Assembly: GCA_018660265.1 (NCBI GenBank)
Contig: JABJKS010000057.1
Coordinates: forward strand, 66,506 to 130,505
Reading direction: 5' to 3'
Origin: Rhodospirillaceae bacterium
Lineage (GTDB): Bacteria > Pseudomonadota > Alphaproteobacteria > GCA-2731375
DNA length: 64,000 nt
Below, piece by piece: positions 30,579 through 40,384 of this stretch (positions are counted from its first letter, which is position 1; every line of letters starts with the position of its first letter). The position numbers were made by a program, and so were the translations under genes. The notes beneath the pieces were generated by a model. It ran no database searches and was not told the DNA's origin. It was given only the letters and a program-made list of their open reading frames with translations.

Positions 30579-33233
30579 ATGAACTTTAACAGTCCAATAT
30601 CAGTCCGGATAAAACGTTTGCCGCTTTTGGCGTTATCCGGGTTTGTGTTATTGGTCGCCGCGAATGGGCTATTGGGCCATGATAGGAGTCTTGCCGCACA
30701 AAGTGTCGGCGTTACATCCGCCGTTCTGCCGCAGGCAAATAGCACCCGGCCTAACGAAGAGACCCTGACCCTGCGTATTGGCGTCGATATTGTGGCGAAC
30801 GAACGGGTCGTCACGGATGCGAAAGGAAAGCTTCAACTGCTTTTCCTCGACGGCTCCGCCCTGACCGTCGGGCCCAATTCCGAAGTCGTGGTTGACGAAT
30901 TCGTCTATGACCCAAAGGCCAAAACCGGATCGTTGGCTTTTTCCGCAACAAAAGGCGTTTTCCGCCTTGTGGGTGGGAAAATATCCAAGAAAAAGGCCGT
31001 TCTACTAAGAACGCCCGAGTCCGTGATCGGCATTCGTGGTGGCATTGCCGCGGCCCAAATCAGCCCGGAAAAAGTCACCGCCACCTTCATATTTGGCGAG
31101 CGGATGACAGTGGAAAGTAGTGGCGCGACGGTCGCTGTAACCCGCCCCGGCTTTCAAATCAGTGCCCAAGCGGGACAGGCACCGTCTGCTCCCGTACGCG
31201 CCTCAGAGAAGCAGTTGACGACGCAACTAAATGCGCTGGAGAGCGATCAAACCCAAGATGATGCCCCTGACGTTCCAGTTGGCGACGAAGATGTTTCGAA
31301 CACACAATTGGCAGCCATGGGGTCTGATGCCGAACCGATTGCGGTCGCTGTAAACGACCTACCGCCGCCACCGCCGCCGGGCGATACAGCAAGAATTGAG
31401 GGCAATGTCGATGTTGTAACGGCCTCTCAGCAGATGGTGGCCGATAACAACACCGGCGGTCTTACTTTGACCGGCTTCTATGGTCGCGCCAAACGAGGTA
31501 CATCGACCCTTACAGGAACCCTGGACACCAACAGCACGCAAAATTTCGCCCTTAGCAATGTCGCCATCAGCAATGGCCGCTTCTCCGCCAATTCGTCCCA
31601 GGGCAGCTTTAGTTTGCGGGGGCCATCGGCAACCGGCTCGTTTGCACTATCTGCGGGCGACAGCACGGCCTTTGGTGCGGTGTCTGGTAACGGTCTGTTG
31701 TCTTCGGATCAGAGTTTCCTGCTGTACGAACTGACGGGCAGTCGGCAATTGGTTTTTGCCGGCCTTCCAACGCCAAGCACCGCCTTCCCCACCACCGGCG
31801 TCACGACCTACCTGACCAGGAATGACTTCACCCTAGGCGGCAGCAAGATCCCCCTGATCCCTTACGCCCACGGCGGCAACCTGACACCATTGAAGACACC
31901 GAATGCCATGATCTATTGGGGTGCTACCGGATCAGGTGCCCATCCGGGATTCTTAAGCGCAAACCTTGCCATCGTAGGTACCGGCAGCGCCCAGAAACAT
32001 GCTGTCAGCTTGATGGTCGGCGAAATCCTTACGGATGGATCCTCCCGGCGCTTTTTCATTGGCGATGCGGTTGGAACATCGTTGATTTCTTCGACAGCGG
32101 ACTATTATGGCTATTTCGGCGAAGTCGCCAGCCTTGATGTGGGCGATGGCAGCGATTTTTTCGGCACCAGCGGGCCGCATCATGCCGTCATCGGGGCTGA
32201 GGATGTCAATTCCCTGGATGTTACCTCAAGTTTTGGTCTGACAGAAAGTCAACGCAGCGCAGACACCACGATTTTTCCAAATATCCCCATATCCTCGACC
32301 AACAATGCCGCCGGATTGGGTGTGACACGCTCAACCCGGATCATGTCCGCCTATGTGGGCGGCGTTTCGCGGGACTTTAGCTCCGGCGGCACCTTCCTTG
32401 GGGTGCACAAATTCTATTCCATCAATACCACTGGCGGGAACAATTTCATCCAGACCAGCGCCGCCAATAATACAGTGCAGGGTTCTTTCAATATAATGAG
32501 CCCGTTTGCCAATGGCGTACCGGCAACGTTGATCGATTTTGGCGGCATAGGCACATCCTTCGGTGACGACAGCACATTTATCGATGATGGCCATTTCGGT
32601 GCCATTGGCTTTGATTCCGGCAGCCCGATCGAACCCGATATCGGCGTATTCCGGGATACGGATATCTCGTTGGCGGGCATAACGCCGTCGGGCGTGACCA
32701 TATGCACCTGTGCCTACGTCACCTGGGGCTTTTGGGGCGCGGGGATCGACCCCAGCACCGAGCACGATATCGGCCTGGCCACCTGGGTCGCCGGCGAACG
32801 GGTTGCCAATTCGAACCTGAATTATACGGCGACGGGCACCTACAGCGGCACTCTCATCGGCAGCGTCGCCAACGGCCCCAATACTTCCAACGGATCGGTC
32901 GCGATCTATACCGCTGTTGGGTCCTATTCTTTTGCCTTGAGCATTGGCGTCAGCTCCCTCACGGCGACGTCCGGATCTTTGAGCATTGATGGTGCCACGA
33001 TGACGTTCACCGGTTCCGGGGCCATCAGCGGCACAACACCAACGGAAGTCGTCGGCACACTTTCAGGGACGCGAGGTGAGACGACCTTATCGGGCACAAT
33101 TCGCAGCGCCTTTTTTGGCACGCCGGCGAATTCATCATCCGCGCCCAGGAATGCGGCGGGTTTTTTCGCCGCGGCTGACAGCGCCAAAACCTATCAAGTC
33201 AGCGGCATCCATTTTTCCCAACTACAGCCCTGA
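30579..33233 (+). CDS. Large secreted FecR-domain protein (884 aa) with a long Gly/Ser/Thr-rich beta-rich region and a possible C-terminal TbpB/fHbp-like barrel
   Basis: Signal peptide MNFNSPISVRIKRLPLLALSGFVLLVAANG. FecR-like domain at about residues 60-200 (TLTLRIGVDIVANERVVTDAKGKLQLLFLDGSALTVGPNSEVVVDEF). A PPPPPP linker. C-terminal YVTWGFWGAG...AAGFFAAADSAKTYQVSGIHF. An AAGGAAA RBS precedes the start. Confidence 0.7.
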   Translation: MNFNSPISVRIKRLPLLALSGFVLLVAANGLLGHDRSLAAQSVGVTSAVLPQANSTRPNEETLTLRIGVDIVANERVVTDAKGKLQLLFLDGSALTVGPNSEVVVDEFVYDPKAKTGSLAFSATKGVFRLVGGKISKKKAVLLRTPESVIGIRGGIAAAQISPEKVTATFIFGERMTVESSGATVAVTRPGFQISAQAGQAPSAPVRASEKQLTTQLNALESDQTQDDAPDVPVGDEDVSNTQLAAMGSDAEPIAVAVNDLPPPPPPGDTARIEGNVDVVTASQQMVADNNTGGLTLTGFYGRAKRGTSTLTGTLDTNSTQNFALSNVAISNGRFSANSSQGSFSLRGPSATGSFALSAGDSTAFGAVSGNGLLSSDQSFLLYELTGSRQLVFAGLPTPSTAFPTTGVTTYLTRNDFTLGGSKIPLIPYAHGGNLTPLKTPNAMIYWGATGSGAHPGFLSANLAIVGTGSAQKHAVSLMVGEILTDGSSRRFFIGDAVGTSLISSTADYYGYFGEVASLDVGDGSDFFGTSGPHHAVIGAEDVNSLDVTSSFGLTESQRSADTTIFPNIPISSTNNAAGLGVTRSTRIMSAYVGGVSRDFSSGGTFLGVHKFYSINTTGGNNFIQTSAANNTVQGSFNIMSPFANGVPATLIDFGGIGTSFGDDSTFIDDGHFGAIGFDSGSPIEPDIGVFRDTDISLAGITPSGVTICTCAYVTWGFWGAGIDPSTEHDIGLATWVAGERVANSNLNYTATGTYSGTLIGSVANGPNTSNGSVAIYTAVGSYSFALSIGVSSLTATSGSLSIDGATMTFTGSGAISGTTPTEVVGTLSGTRGETTLSGTIRSAFFGTPANSSSAPRNAAGFFAAADSAKTYQVSGIHFSQLQP

Positions 33234-33328
33234 GCCAACCTGCCATTGCGAAGGCTATACTGGACGAAGGCGGTCCAGGCGGGATATAGAGCAGGCAAGC
33301 GCTCACCTATAAACTATCGGAGAACCAC

Positions 33329-34957
33329 ATGCTTGGCCTGATGCAGGATCGCCCCCTACTCATTTCGTCGCTGATTGATTTCGCCGCACAATATCACGGC
33401 GATGTGGAAATCGTATCGCGCAGCGTGGAAGGTCCGATCCACCGATATAACTATTCCGAGGCCAACCATCGCGCCAAGCAACTGGCCCAAGCCTTGGAAG
33501 GATTGGGGATGCAGCTTGGCGACCGGGTCGCAACCCTGGCCTGGAACGGCTACCGTCATTTGGAATGTTACTACGGCGTGTCCGGCATTGGCGCGGTTCT
33601 CCACACCATCAACCCGCGCCTGTTCCCGGAACAAATCGTCTATATTGCCAATCATGCCGAAGACCGGGTTCTGTTCACGGAATTGACCTTTGTGCCTTTG
33701 TTGGAGGCTATCGTGGATCAACTGACATCGGTGGAAGCCATCGTCATCATGACCGACCGGGAACATATGCCCCAGACGTCATTGCCCAACGCGCTCTGCT
33801 ATGAAGAGCTGCTGGCGGCACAGGACGGAAATTTTGACTGGCCCAGCTTTGATGAACGGACGGCATCTTCCCTTTGCTATACCTCCGGTACCACCGGCAA
33901 CCCAAAGGGCGTTTTGTACTCTCACCGCTCTACCCTGCTGCATTCCTTCGCCGTTTGTAGTTTGGATGTCCTGGGTTTGTCTTCCCAGGACGCGGTGTTG
34001 CCCGTTGTGCCTATGTTCCACGCCAATTCCTGGGGCATTGCTTATGCCGCGCCCATGTGCGGGGCCAAATTGGTACTACCCGGCATGGGTATGGATGGTG
34101 CCTCTATCTACGAATTGCTGGAAACCGAACAGGTCACCCTTTCGGCCGGTGTGCCGACGGTCTGGCTAATGTTGTTGCAGTACCTGCAACAAAACGACAA
34201 GAAATTGCCCCACATGACGCGCACGGTTATTGGCGGTTCCGCCGCCCCCGCCTCAATGATCGAAACCTTCGAGCATGATTTTGATGTCACGGTCATCCAC
34301 GCCTGGGGTATGACGGAGATGAGCCCGCTTGGTACCACCGGGAATTTAAAGGCCAAAATGGCCGACGCTGATTATAGCGAAAAGCTGGCTTATAAATCTA
34401 AACAGGGTCGCGCCATCTATGGCGTCGATATGAAGATCACCGATGACGATGGGGTGGAATTGCCGCGTGATGGTGTCGCATTCGGCCACCTGATGGTACG
34501 GGGTCCATGGATCACCAACGGCTATTTCAAGGGTGATGGCGGCCAGGTGCTTGATGATGCTGATTGGTTCGATACAGGCGATGTGGCGACATTGGATCCG
34601 GAGGGCTATATGCAAATCACGGATCGATCCAAGGATGTCATCAAATCAGGCGGCGAGTGGATATCCTCCATTGATCTGGAGAACATCGCCGTCGGCCACC
34701 CGGACGTGGCCGAGGCGGCGGTGATTGGCGTGGCGCATCCGAAGTGGGATGAACGGCCCCTGTTGATCATCATCCGTAACGAAGGCAGCTCCGTTGAGGG
34801 AGCTGAAATTCTGAAATTCATGGAGGGCAAGATCGCCTCTTGGTGGATGCCGGACGACGTTACATTCGTCGATGAAATCCCGCACACAGCCACGGGAAAA
34901 ATTCAGAAACTTGTACTGCGTGAACAGTTTGCCGGCTATAAATTGCCAACCGCTTGA
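33329..34957 (+). CDS. AMP-dependent acyl-CoA synthetase/ligase (fatty-acid--CoA ligase-like)
   Basis: AMP-binding motif [12 protein letters not shown] and C-terminal ANL-domain motifs. Confidence 0.85.
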   Translation: MLGLMQDRPLLISSLIDFAAQYHGDVEIVSRSVEGPIHRYNYSEANHRAKQLAQALEGLGMQLGDRVATLAWNGYRHLECYYGVSGIGAVLHTINPRLFPEQIVYIANHAEDRVLFTELTFVPLLEAIVDQLTSVEAIVIMTDREHMPQTSLPNALCYEELLAAQDGNFDWPSFDERTASSLCYTSGTTGNPKGVLYSHRSTLLHSFAVCSLDVLGLSSQDAVLPVVPMFHANSWGIAYAAPMCGAKLVLPGMGMDGASIYELLETEQVTLSAGVPTVWLMLLQYLQQNDKKLPHMTRTVIGGSAAPASMIETFEHDFDVTVIHAWGMTEMSPLGTTGNLKAKMADADYSEKLAYKSKQGRAIYGVDMKITDDDGVELPRDGVAFGHLMVRGPWITNGYFKGDGGQVLDDADWFDTGDVATLDPEGYMQITDRSKDVIKSGGEWISSIDLENIAVGHPDVAEAAVIGVAHPKWDERPLLIIIRNEGSSVEGAEILKFMEGKIASWWMPDDVTFVDEIPHTATGKIQKLVLREQFAGYKLPTA

Positions 34958-34975
34958 ACAATACGCCTATACGGC

Positions 34976-35740
34976 TTATGCCGCCTGTTCGTTCTTCCAT
35001 TTGTGGATAAAGCGTTCGACGATGGGATTGCCTGTATGGGCGATTTCTTCGGGCGGGCCGTTCCAGGCGACATGGCCCTCGTGTAACAAAGTGATCTGAT
35101 CGGCGATCTGGATCGCCGTGTTGATGTCTGAGGTGATGGACAACGCCGTCGCACCCAATTCCCGGACATTGCGAATGATTAGATTGCCAATGACTTTTGA
35201 CATGATGGGATCCAGGCCCGCCGTCGGCTCATCAAGCAGAATGATCTCAGGCTCAGACGCGATGGCACGGGCGATACCGACGCGCTTTTGCATACCGCCT
35301 GACAATTCCGACGGCAAAAGGTCCGCCACCGCCGGGCCAAGGCCGACAGATCCCAGACGCTTCACTGCCATTGCATGGGCCTGATCCGCGTTCAGTTCCT
35401 TGTTTTGCATCTGGCGGAACGCCACGTTGCGCCACACGGGAAGACTGTCGAACAGGGCGGATTGCTGAAACAGCATGCCGCAACGGCCCAGCATCTGGTC
35501 CCGCTCCCGGCCAGTCAAACCAACAGTTTCCTGGCCGTCGATACGGATGGAGCCAGCATCGGGTCGGATCAGGCCCATAATGCATTTCAGGGTCAGGGTC
35601 TTGCCGGAACCGGATTCCCCCAGCAGCACCAGGGACCCGCCATCCGGGATCGACAAATCAATGCCATCGAGGACCGCTTCCCCATCAAATGATTTACACA
35701 GGCCCTCAACGACAATCTTCGGCGTATCCGGCGTGTTCAT
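34976..35740 (-). CDS. ABC transporter ATP-binding protein, MlaF/Ttg2A-like, with no adjacent permease
   Basis: Walker A GESGSGKT, signature LSGGMQKRV and Walker B ILLDEP. Confidence 0.85.
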   Translation of the reverse strand: MNTPDTPKIVVEGLCKSFDGEAVLDGIDLSIPDGGSLVLLGESGSGKTLTLKCIMGLIRPDAGSIRIDGQETVGLTGRERDQMLGRCGMLFQQSALFDSLPVWRNVAFRQMQNKELNADQAHAMAVKRLGSVGLGPAVADLLPSELSGGMQKRVGIARAIASEPEIILLDEPTAGLDPIMSKVIGNLIIRNVRELGATALSITSDINTAIQIADQITLLHEGHVAWNGPPEEIAHTGNPIVERFIHKWKNEQAA

Positions 35741-35761
35741 CAGTCCCGTCTCCCAAAGACC

Positions 35762-36670
35762 TTATGCAGCGCGATAGACCGTATCAGGCCCCGGTACCCC
35801 GTCACAAAAGGCCCGGTCCGTATCCACCATATGGACCAGGTGCGAAAAGACGGAACGCGCCGCGGCCTGATGCAGATGTTCGGGTACATCGCGGTACATG
35901 GTCTTGACCATGTCCGGTATGCGGCCCACCTGCTGGGTCAGGCATAGGGCGATTTGAACCTCCCGCTCCTCCCGATGCTTGATCAATTCGGCGACGAAGG
36001 CTTTCGGATTTTCGATCCTGGGGCCATGGGTCGGCCAATAATAATCGTCCGAGCGCAGCAGCAATTTTTTCAGGCTTTGCATATAGCGATACATGTCGCC
36101 ATCGGGCGGGGATACAATGGTGGTCGACCAGCCCATCACATGATCGCCTGTAAACAACGTGTTCTCTTCCCGTAGATGATAGCAGGTATGGTTGGATGTA
36201 TGGCCCGGCGTATAGACCGCCTGCAACGACCATTCCTTGGTATCCAGGATGTCGGCATCATTGGCCATTGTATCGGGCCGGTAATCCGTATCCGCACCTT
36301 CCTCGGAAACAGCCTGGGCATCGACTTTACCCAGGCGGCCATGACCGTGCGGCCCGCAGCCCCATATGGTCGCCCCGGTCGCGGCCTGCAAAAGCGCGGC
36401 ACCCGGCGAATGATCACGGTGGGTATGGGTAATGATAATATGGCTGATCGTCTCACCCTTCAGCGCATTCATGATGGCGGCGATATGGCCCGGATCATCG
36501 GGACCAGGATCGATCACCCCAACCTGGCCGTGACCGATGATATAGGTCCCCGTGCCGTGCAGGGTAAAGGCGGATGGATTGGGTGCGATGACCCGGCGGA
36601 TCAAAGGCGAGATTTGATCAACCACACCATGTTCGAAGGTCAATTCTTTCTTGAACGGGATGTTGGCCAT
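35762..36670 (-). CDS. MBL-fold metallo-hydrolase
   Basis: HxHxDH motif (ITHTHRDH). Confidence 0.8.
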   Translation of the reverse strand: MANIPFKKELTFEHGVVDQISPLIRRVIAPNPSAFTLHGTGTYIIGHGQVGVIDPGPDDPGHIAAIMNALKGETISHIIITHTHRDHSPGAALLQAATGATIWGCGPHGHGRLGKVDAQAVSEEGADTDYRPDTMANDADILDTKEWSLQAVYTPGHTSNHTCYHLREENTLFTGDHVMGWSTTIVSPPDGDMYRYMQSLKKLLLRSDDYYWPTHGPRIENPKAFVAELIKHREEREVQIALCLTQQVGRIPDMVKTMYRDVPEHLHQAAARSVFSHLVHMVDTDRAFCDGVPGPDTVYRAA

Positions 36671-36845
36671 TGATGGCTCTCCAATAAATAACGCAAACTA
36701 TGCTGCAAAAGAATCAGTGTGGAAACTTAGTACAAGCTTACGAATACCGGCACCAGGATCAAGTTATTCCCACAACCGGGTCTATAGCTAAATTTTGTCG
36801 CATGTTTATGCAGAATAATTCTTGCCTCGTAGAAATCCTGCCCCT

Positions 36846-37550
36846 ATGGCTACGCCCATGACCTTGCAGACGGAATATAAACAATTCAGTGATCCAGTGG
36901 CTCAGATGGATCCGGCGGCCCGCCGGGCTGAATGGTTTCGCTATTATTCCGACAAGCGCATTGGTCAGCAATGGTTTCAGCTGCACTTGCTCGACGGCCT
37001 GGAGGTGCAAAAGGTATTGGAAGTCGGGCCGAATTTGGGTCTGGTCTCCGCCCTGCTGGCGAACGCGGGCTTTACGGTCACGACCATGGATATGCTGCCC
37101 AGCCAGGACCCCCGGCCCGATATTCCCCAAATCCAAGGTGAACTGACGGCTATTGATAGTGCCCGGCTGACAGGTCACGACGCCATTCTGTGCTGCGAAA
37201 CGCTGGAGCACCTGCCCTGGGATCAGGTGCAGGATATCCTGGCCAAGTTTCACGCCGCAGCGCCTGACTATCTGATCATTTCCGTTCCCTACATGGGGTT
37301 TCAAATTGATTGGCGGTTGTATTTGAATGGCGTCACGGGGCGGAGCAAGTTTTCCTTTAAAAAGCTGAACTTCCTGCGCCGCTTTAAAATTGACCATTCC
37401 GACCCCTGGGGCCACAAGTGGGAGGCGGGTTATCGCGGCCATTCACTAAAAGCCCTGGAAGGCAAAATCAGCCAGTCTGGCTGGTCCATCAAGCGCCGGG
37501 ACTTCACCTCCCCCACACGTTCGGTGTTCTATTTACTGGCTCGAAAATAG
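36846..37550 (+). CDS. Class I SAM-dependent methyltransferase
   Basis: Motif I VLEVGPNLG and the CETLEHLP region. The start is uncertain (36846 or 36855). Confidence 0.7.
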   Translation: MATPMTLQTEYKQFSDPVAQMDPAARRAEWFRYYSDKRIGQQWFQLHLLDGLEVQKVLEVGPNLGLVSALLANAGFTVTTMDMLPSQDPRPDIPQIQGELTAIDSARLTGHDAILCCETLEHLPWDQVQDILAKFHAAAPDYLIISVPYMGFQIDWRLYLNGVTGRSKFSFKKLNFLRRFKIDHSDPWGHKWEAGYRGHSLKALEGKISQSGWSIKRRDFTSPTRSVFYLLARK

Positions 37551-37882
37551 GCGGAATTCCGCCAGAAATTAACCATAAATTATTGGCCGACTGTGCCAGA
37601 ATTGGCAGATTTCCTTAACCATTTGTCTCGAATCGGGACCAAATTCGTCCTATTAACCATGACTTTCGCAGAATTCCTTAACGGGCCGGTTTGGCACGAT
37701 GCTTGCATTTATTGTGACAGGCGGCGACCCAATAGGGTCGAACGACCACACCTAGTGGAGGCCCTCACCCCCTAGGTGGCCTAGACGGCGGCTCTTTGGA
37801 GTCGCCGTCACGCGTTTCAGGCCGCTATTTTCATTCACCTCACAATTTGTCATTATGCCCCTTGACCAATGGGGACGACGAC

Positions 37883-38152
37883 ATGCGCATATATTTCGAC
37901 GATCTGGCCCGGCGAACGGGCGGTGCCCTGTACGGCCTTGGCCTGACAGCCGTTGGTGTCTACAGCCTATCCATGGTCGGCGAGGCACCCGATGCCGTGC
38001 TGGAGGATCGCACCATGTGGCTGGGCATTACCATGCTTATCGCCGGCGTCGTCTCGTTCGCCATGTCCTGGCTGACCCCGGATCTATCCGGTGTGTGGTG
38101 CCGCGCGCCCCGTTTTCTACCAAAAAAAAAGAAACCTGACGAGACGTCATGA
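37883..38152 (+). CDS. Small hypothetical membrane protein
   Basis: 89-aa ORF with two predicted TM helices. Weak support. Confidence 0.35.
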   Translation: MRIYFDDLARRTGGALYGLGLTAVGVYSLSMVGEAPDAVLEDRTMWLGITMLIAGVVSFAMSWLTPDLSGVWCRAPRFLPKKKKPDETS

Positions 38153-38169
38153 CATGAGGAAAGAATAGT

Positions 38170-38601
38170 ATGAGTAACCCTGAACAAGAGCGCCTGGAAA
38201 TGATGCAGGAGCGGATGCTGGGCAAAGGTTTCGGTGCCGTTTTGGGTGCCAGGATCGAGGTGCTGGAAGAAGGTTTCTGCCGCATGCTGCTGCCCTGGCG
38301 CGAGGATCTGTCCCGTGGCGATGCGATGATCCACGGCGGCGTTATATCTGCCCTGATCGACAAAGCGGGCACGACGGCGGCCTGGTCCTACAAAGACATT
38401 CCCGAAGGCACTCTGGGCTCCACCGTCGGTATGAACGTCAACTTCCTGGAAGGCGCCAAATGGGACATGATTGCAGAGGCCACGACCGTCCGGCGCGGCG
38501 GCTCCATCATTGTCATCGATGTGGACGTGAAAAGCCCTGACGGCGTCATCGTGGCCAAAGGCATGGTGACCTACAAGCAGTCGCGCCCAAAAACCAAATG
38601 A
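38170..38601 (+). CDS. PaaI-family hotdog-fold thioesterase
   Basis: 143 aa with the ...MIHGGVISALIDKAG... hotdog signature. Confidence 0.75.
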   Translation: MSNPEQERLEMMQERMLGKGFGAVLGARIEVLEEGFCRMLLPWREDLSRGDAMIHGGVISALIDKAGTTAAWSYKDIPEGTLGSTVGMNVNFLEGAKWDMIAEATTVRRGGSIIVIDVDVKSPDGVIVAKGMVTYKQSRPKTK

Positions 38602-38617
38602 GATAGGAGCCCATCCG

Positions 38618-39430
38618 ATGACCTCCGATACCGTACTCTATGACGTCGAAGACAATATCGCCACCGTGACCCTGAACCGGCCGGCGCGTTTGAACGCCCT
38701 GAATGATGAGATGATCATAGCGCTTTATGAGGTCATGCAGCGGGCCGACAAAGACCAAGATGTCCGGGTCATCATACTGACCGGCGCGGGGCGCGGCTTT
38801 TGCGCCGGTGGCGATATCCAGGGCTTCGACAATCTGGTGCCGGAACAATTGATCGTTAAAACCCCCATAGAATTCAATATGAATATCCGCGCCGACTATC
38901 AAACCCGGCACGCCTATCTGCCCAGCCTGCGTAAACCGGTCATCGGCATGGTCAACGGTGCGGCGGCGGGCCTGGGGCTGCTCTATGCCCTTGGCTGCGA
39001 TATGCGTTTTGCCGCGAATAGCGCCAAATTCACCACCGCCTTCGCCAAACGCGGCCTGGCAGCGGAATTCGGCATGTCCTGGTTGCTGCCCAAAGTCGTC
39101 GGTCACGCCAACGCCATGGACCTGCTGTTATCGGCCCGGACCATTGGCGCAGACGAGGCCAAGGAATTAGGCCTGGTCAATAAGATCTTCACGCCCGAGA
39201 CACTGCGTGACGAGACCCTGGCCTATGCCAGGGAAATGGTAAAATGGTGTTCGCCCACATCCATGCGCCACATCAAAAAACAAGCCTGGGACACACCCTT
39301 CCAGTCCCTGCAGGAAGCCGTCAGGGACGCCAACCAAATCATGCTGCAAACCAACCGCTCGGAAGATTTCACGGAGGGCACAGAGAGCTTCCGCGACAAA
39401 CGTGCGCCGAAATTTCCAGCTATTGATTAG
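38618..39430 (+). CDS. Enoyl-CoA hydratase/isomerase family protein
   Basis: VIILTGAGRGFCAGGD and MVNGAAAGLGLLYALGCD crotonase motifs. Confidence 0.85.
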   Translation: MTSDTVLYDVEDNIATVTLNRPARLNALNDEMIIALYEVMQRADKDQDVRVIILTGAGRGFCAGGDIQGFDNLVPEQLIVKTPIEFNMNIRADYQTRHAYLPSLRKPVIGMVNGAAAGLGLLYALGCDMRFAANSAKFTTAFAKRGLAAEFGMSWLLPKVVGHANAMDLLLSARTIGADEAKELGLVNKIFTPETLRDETLAYAREMVKWCSPTSMRHIKKQAWDTPFQSLQEAVRDANQIMLQTNRSEDFTEGTESFRDKRAPKFPAID

Positions 39431-39598
39431 GGCCAGTTTGTCCTGAAAGGGACTATCCACATCTGCCGCCGCAGATAGCAAAGTTAAGTGCACTGTCACA
39501 GCAATTGCAAGAATATTGAAGAAAGTAGCGGCATCAGTGACTATTTTGCCGACCCTAATTCAGCCTGGCAGCGCGGTTACAATGAAAACACCAATGGC

Positions 39599-40333
39599 TC
39601 ATTCCTCGTCTTCCTCTTGCTCGAGCTGACCGATTGACACCGAGAACGGTAGGCGGTCGCCGCCGAAACCTACAGAGTAGAAACCTTCCGGCATGGCGCT
39701 ATGATTGGAGACGTCCTTTTTGTTGTCCAAGAACTTTAGCACCCGACCGTCGGAGACGCTTGGAGACCACGTCGTGTATAGGCCATGCATGCCGTCTAGC
39801 TTTACGGAGATCATGATAGAGAAATCGGGATTTGCGCGAAGCTCGTCACGAAGCTCAGTGAATGATATTTCATCGAGATGCACTTCGAGCCAGAAATGTT
39901 CGTCCCAAGGGTTATCCATATCATCGGAGGCCGTAAAGGGAATTACTGCGACGCGCTTTCCCTCGCTCCTGTGTATCGAAATTTTTAGTGTGGTATGTGC
40001 TTGCCGAGAACCAAGAAGGGACAGCGAGTAACACCCATGCTGCGAACTCTGTATAACCCCCTGACCGCTAAATCTTTCGGTGCTTGTCTCGGCGAGCTCA
40101 TCCTTGTTGCTGTAGTCCGTTTCCAGCCCCCAGCTCCGCACGTAGGAGAGCTTTTTGCAGGCAACTTCAAGCGTTAAGAAACCCTGTCTTTCATATTCGT
40201 CCGCTTTGTTGCCTTCAGTGAAGCTCCCCGCCTTTTCGAAACCCCCTTCTGGATGGAACACGACGCCCAAACTGTTGTCCTGTTCGCCTTGCCCATCATC
40301 GTTAATTTTGCGGTTCCAAATCATATCAACCAT
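39599..40333 (-). CDS. Orphan hypothetical protein (244 aa, acidic C-terminus) in a low-GC segment
   Basis: Long ORF starting 51 bp after the thiSG stop on the same strand. GC is about 50% against about 60% in the flanks. No recognisable domain. Confidence 0.5.
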   Translation of the reverse strand: MVDMIWNRKINDDGQGEQDNSLGVVFHPEGGFEKAGSFTEGNKADEYERQGFLTLEVACKKLSYVRSWGLETDYSNKDELAETSTERFSGQGVIQSSQHGCYSLSLLGSRQAHTTLKISIHRSEGKRVAVIPFTASDDMDNPWDEHFWLEVHLDEISFTELRDELRANPDFSIMISVKLDGMHGLYTTWSPSVSDGRVLKFLDNKKDVSNHSAMPEGFYSVGFGGDRLPFSVSIGQLEQEEDEE

Positions 40334-40384
40334 CTCTATCGGTCATGTTTCTTGCAGCAATTACGGTGACAGTTTACTCAACTC

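Noticed and set aside
39459-39474. Hairpin ATCTGC-cgcc-GCAGAT after the crotonase gene as a terminator
   Set aside because: It has a short 6-bp stem with no following T-run on either strand. It is too weak to call.
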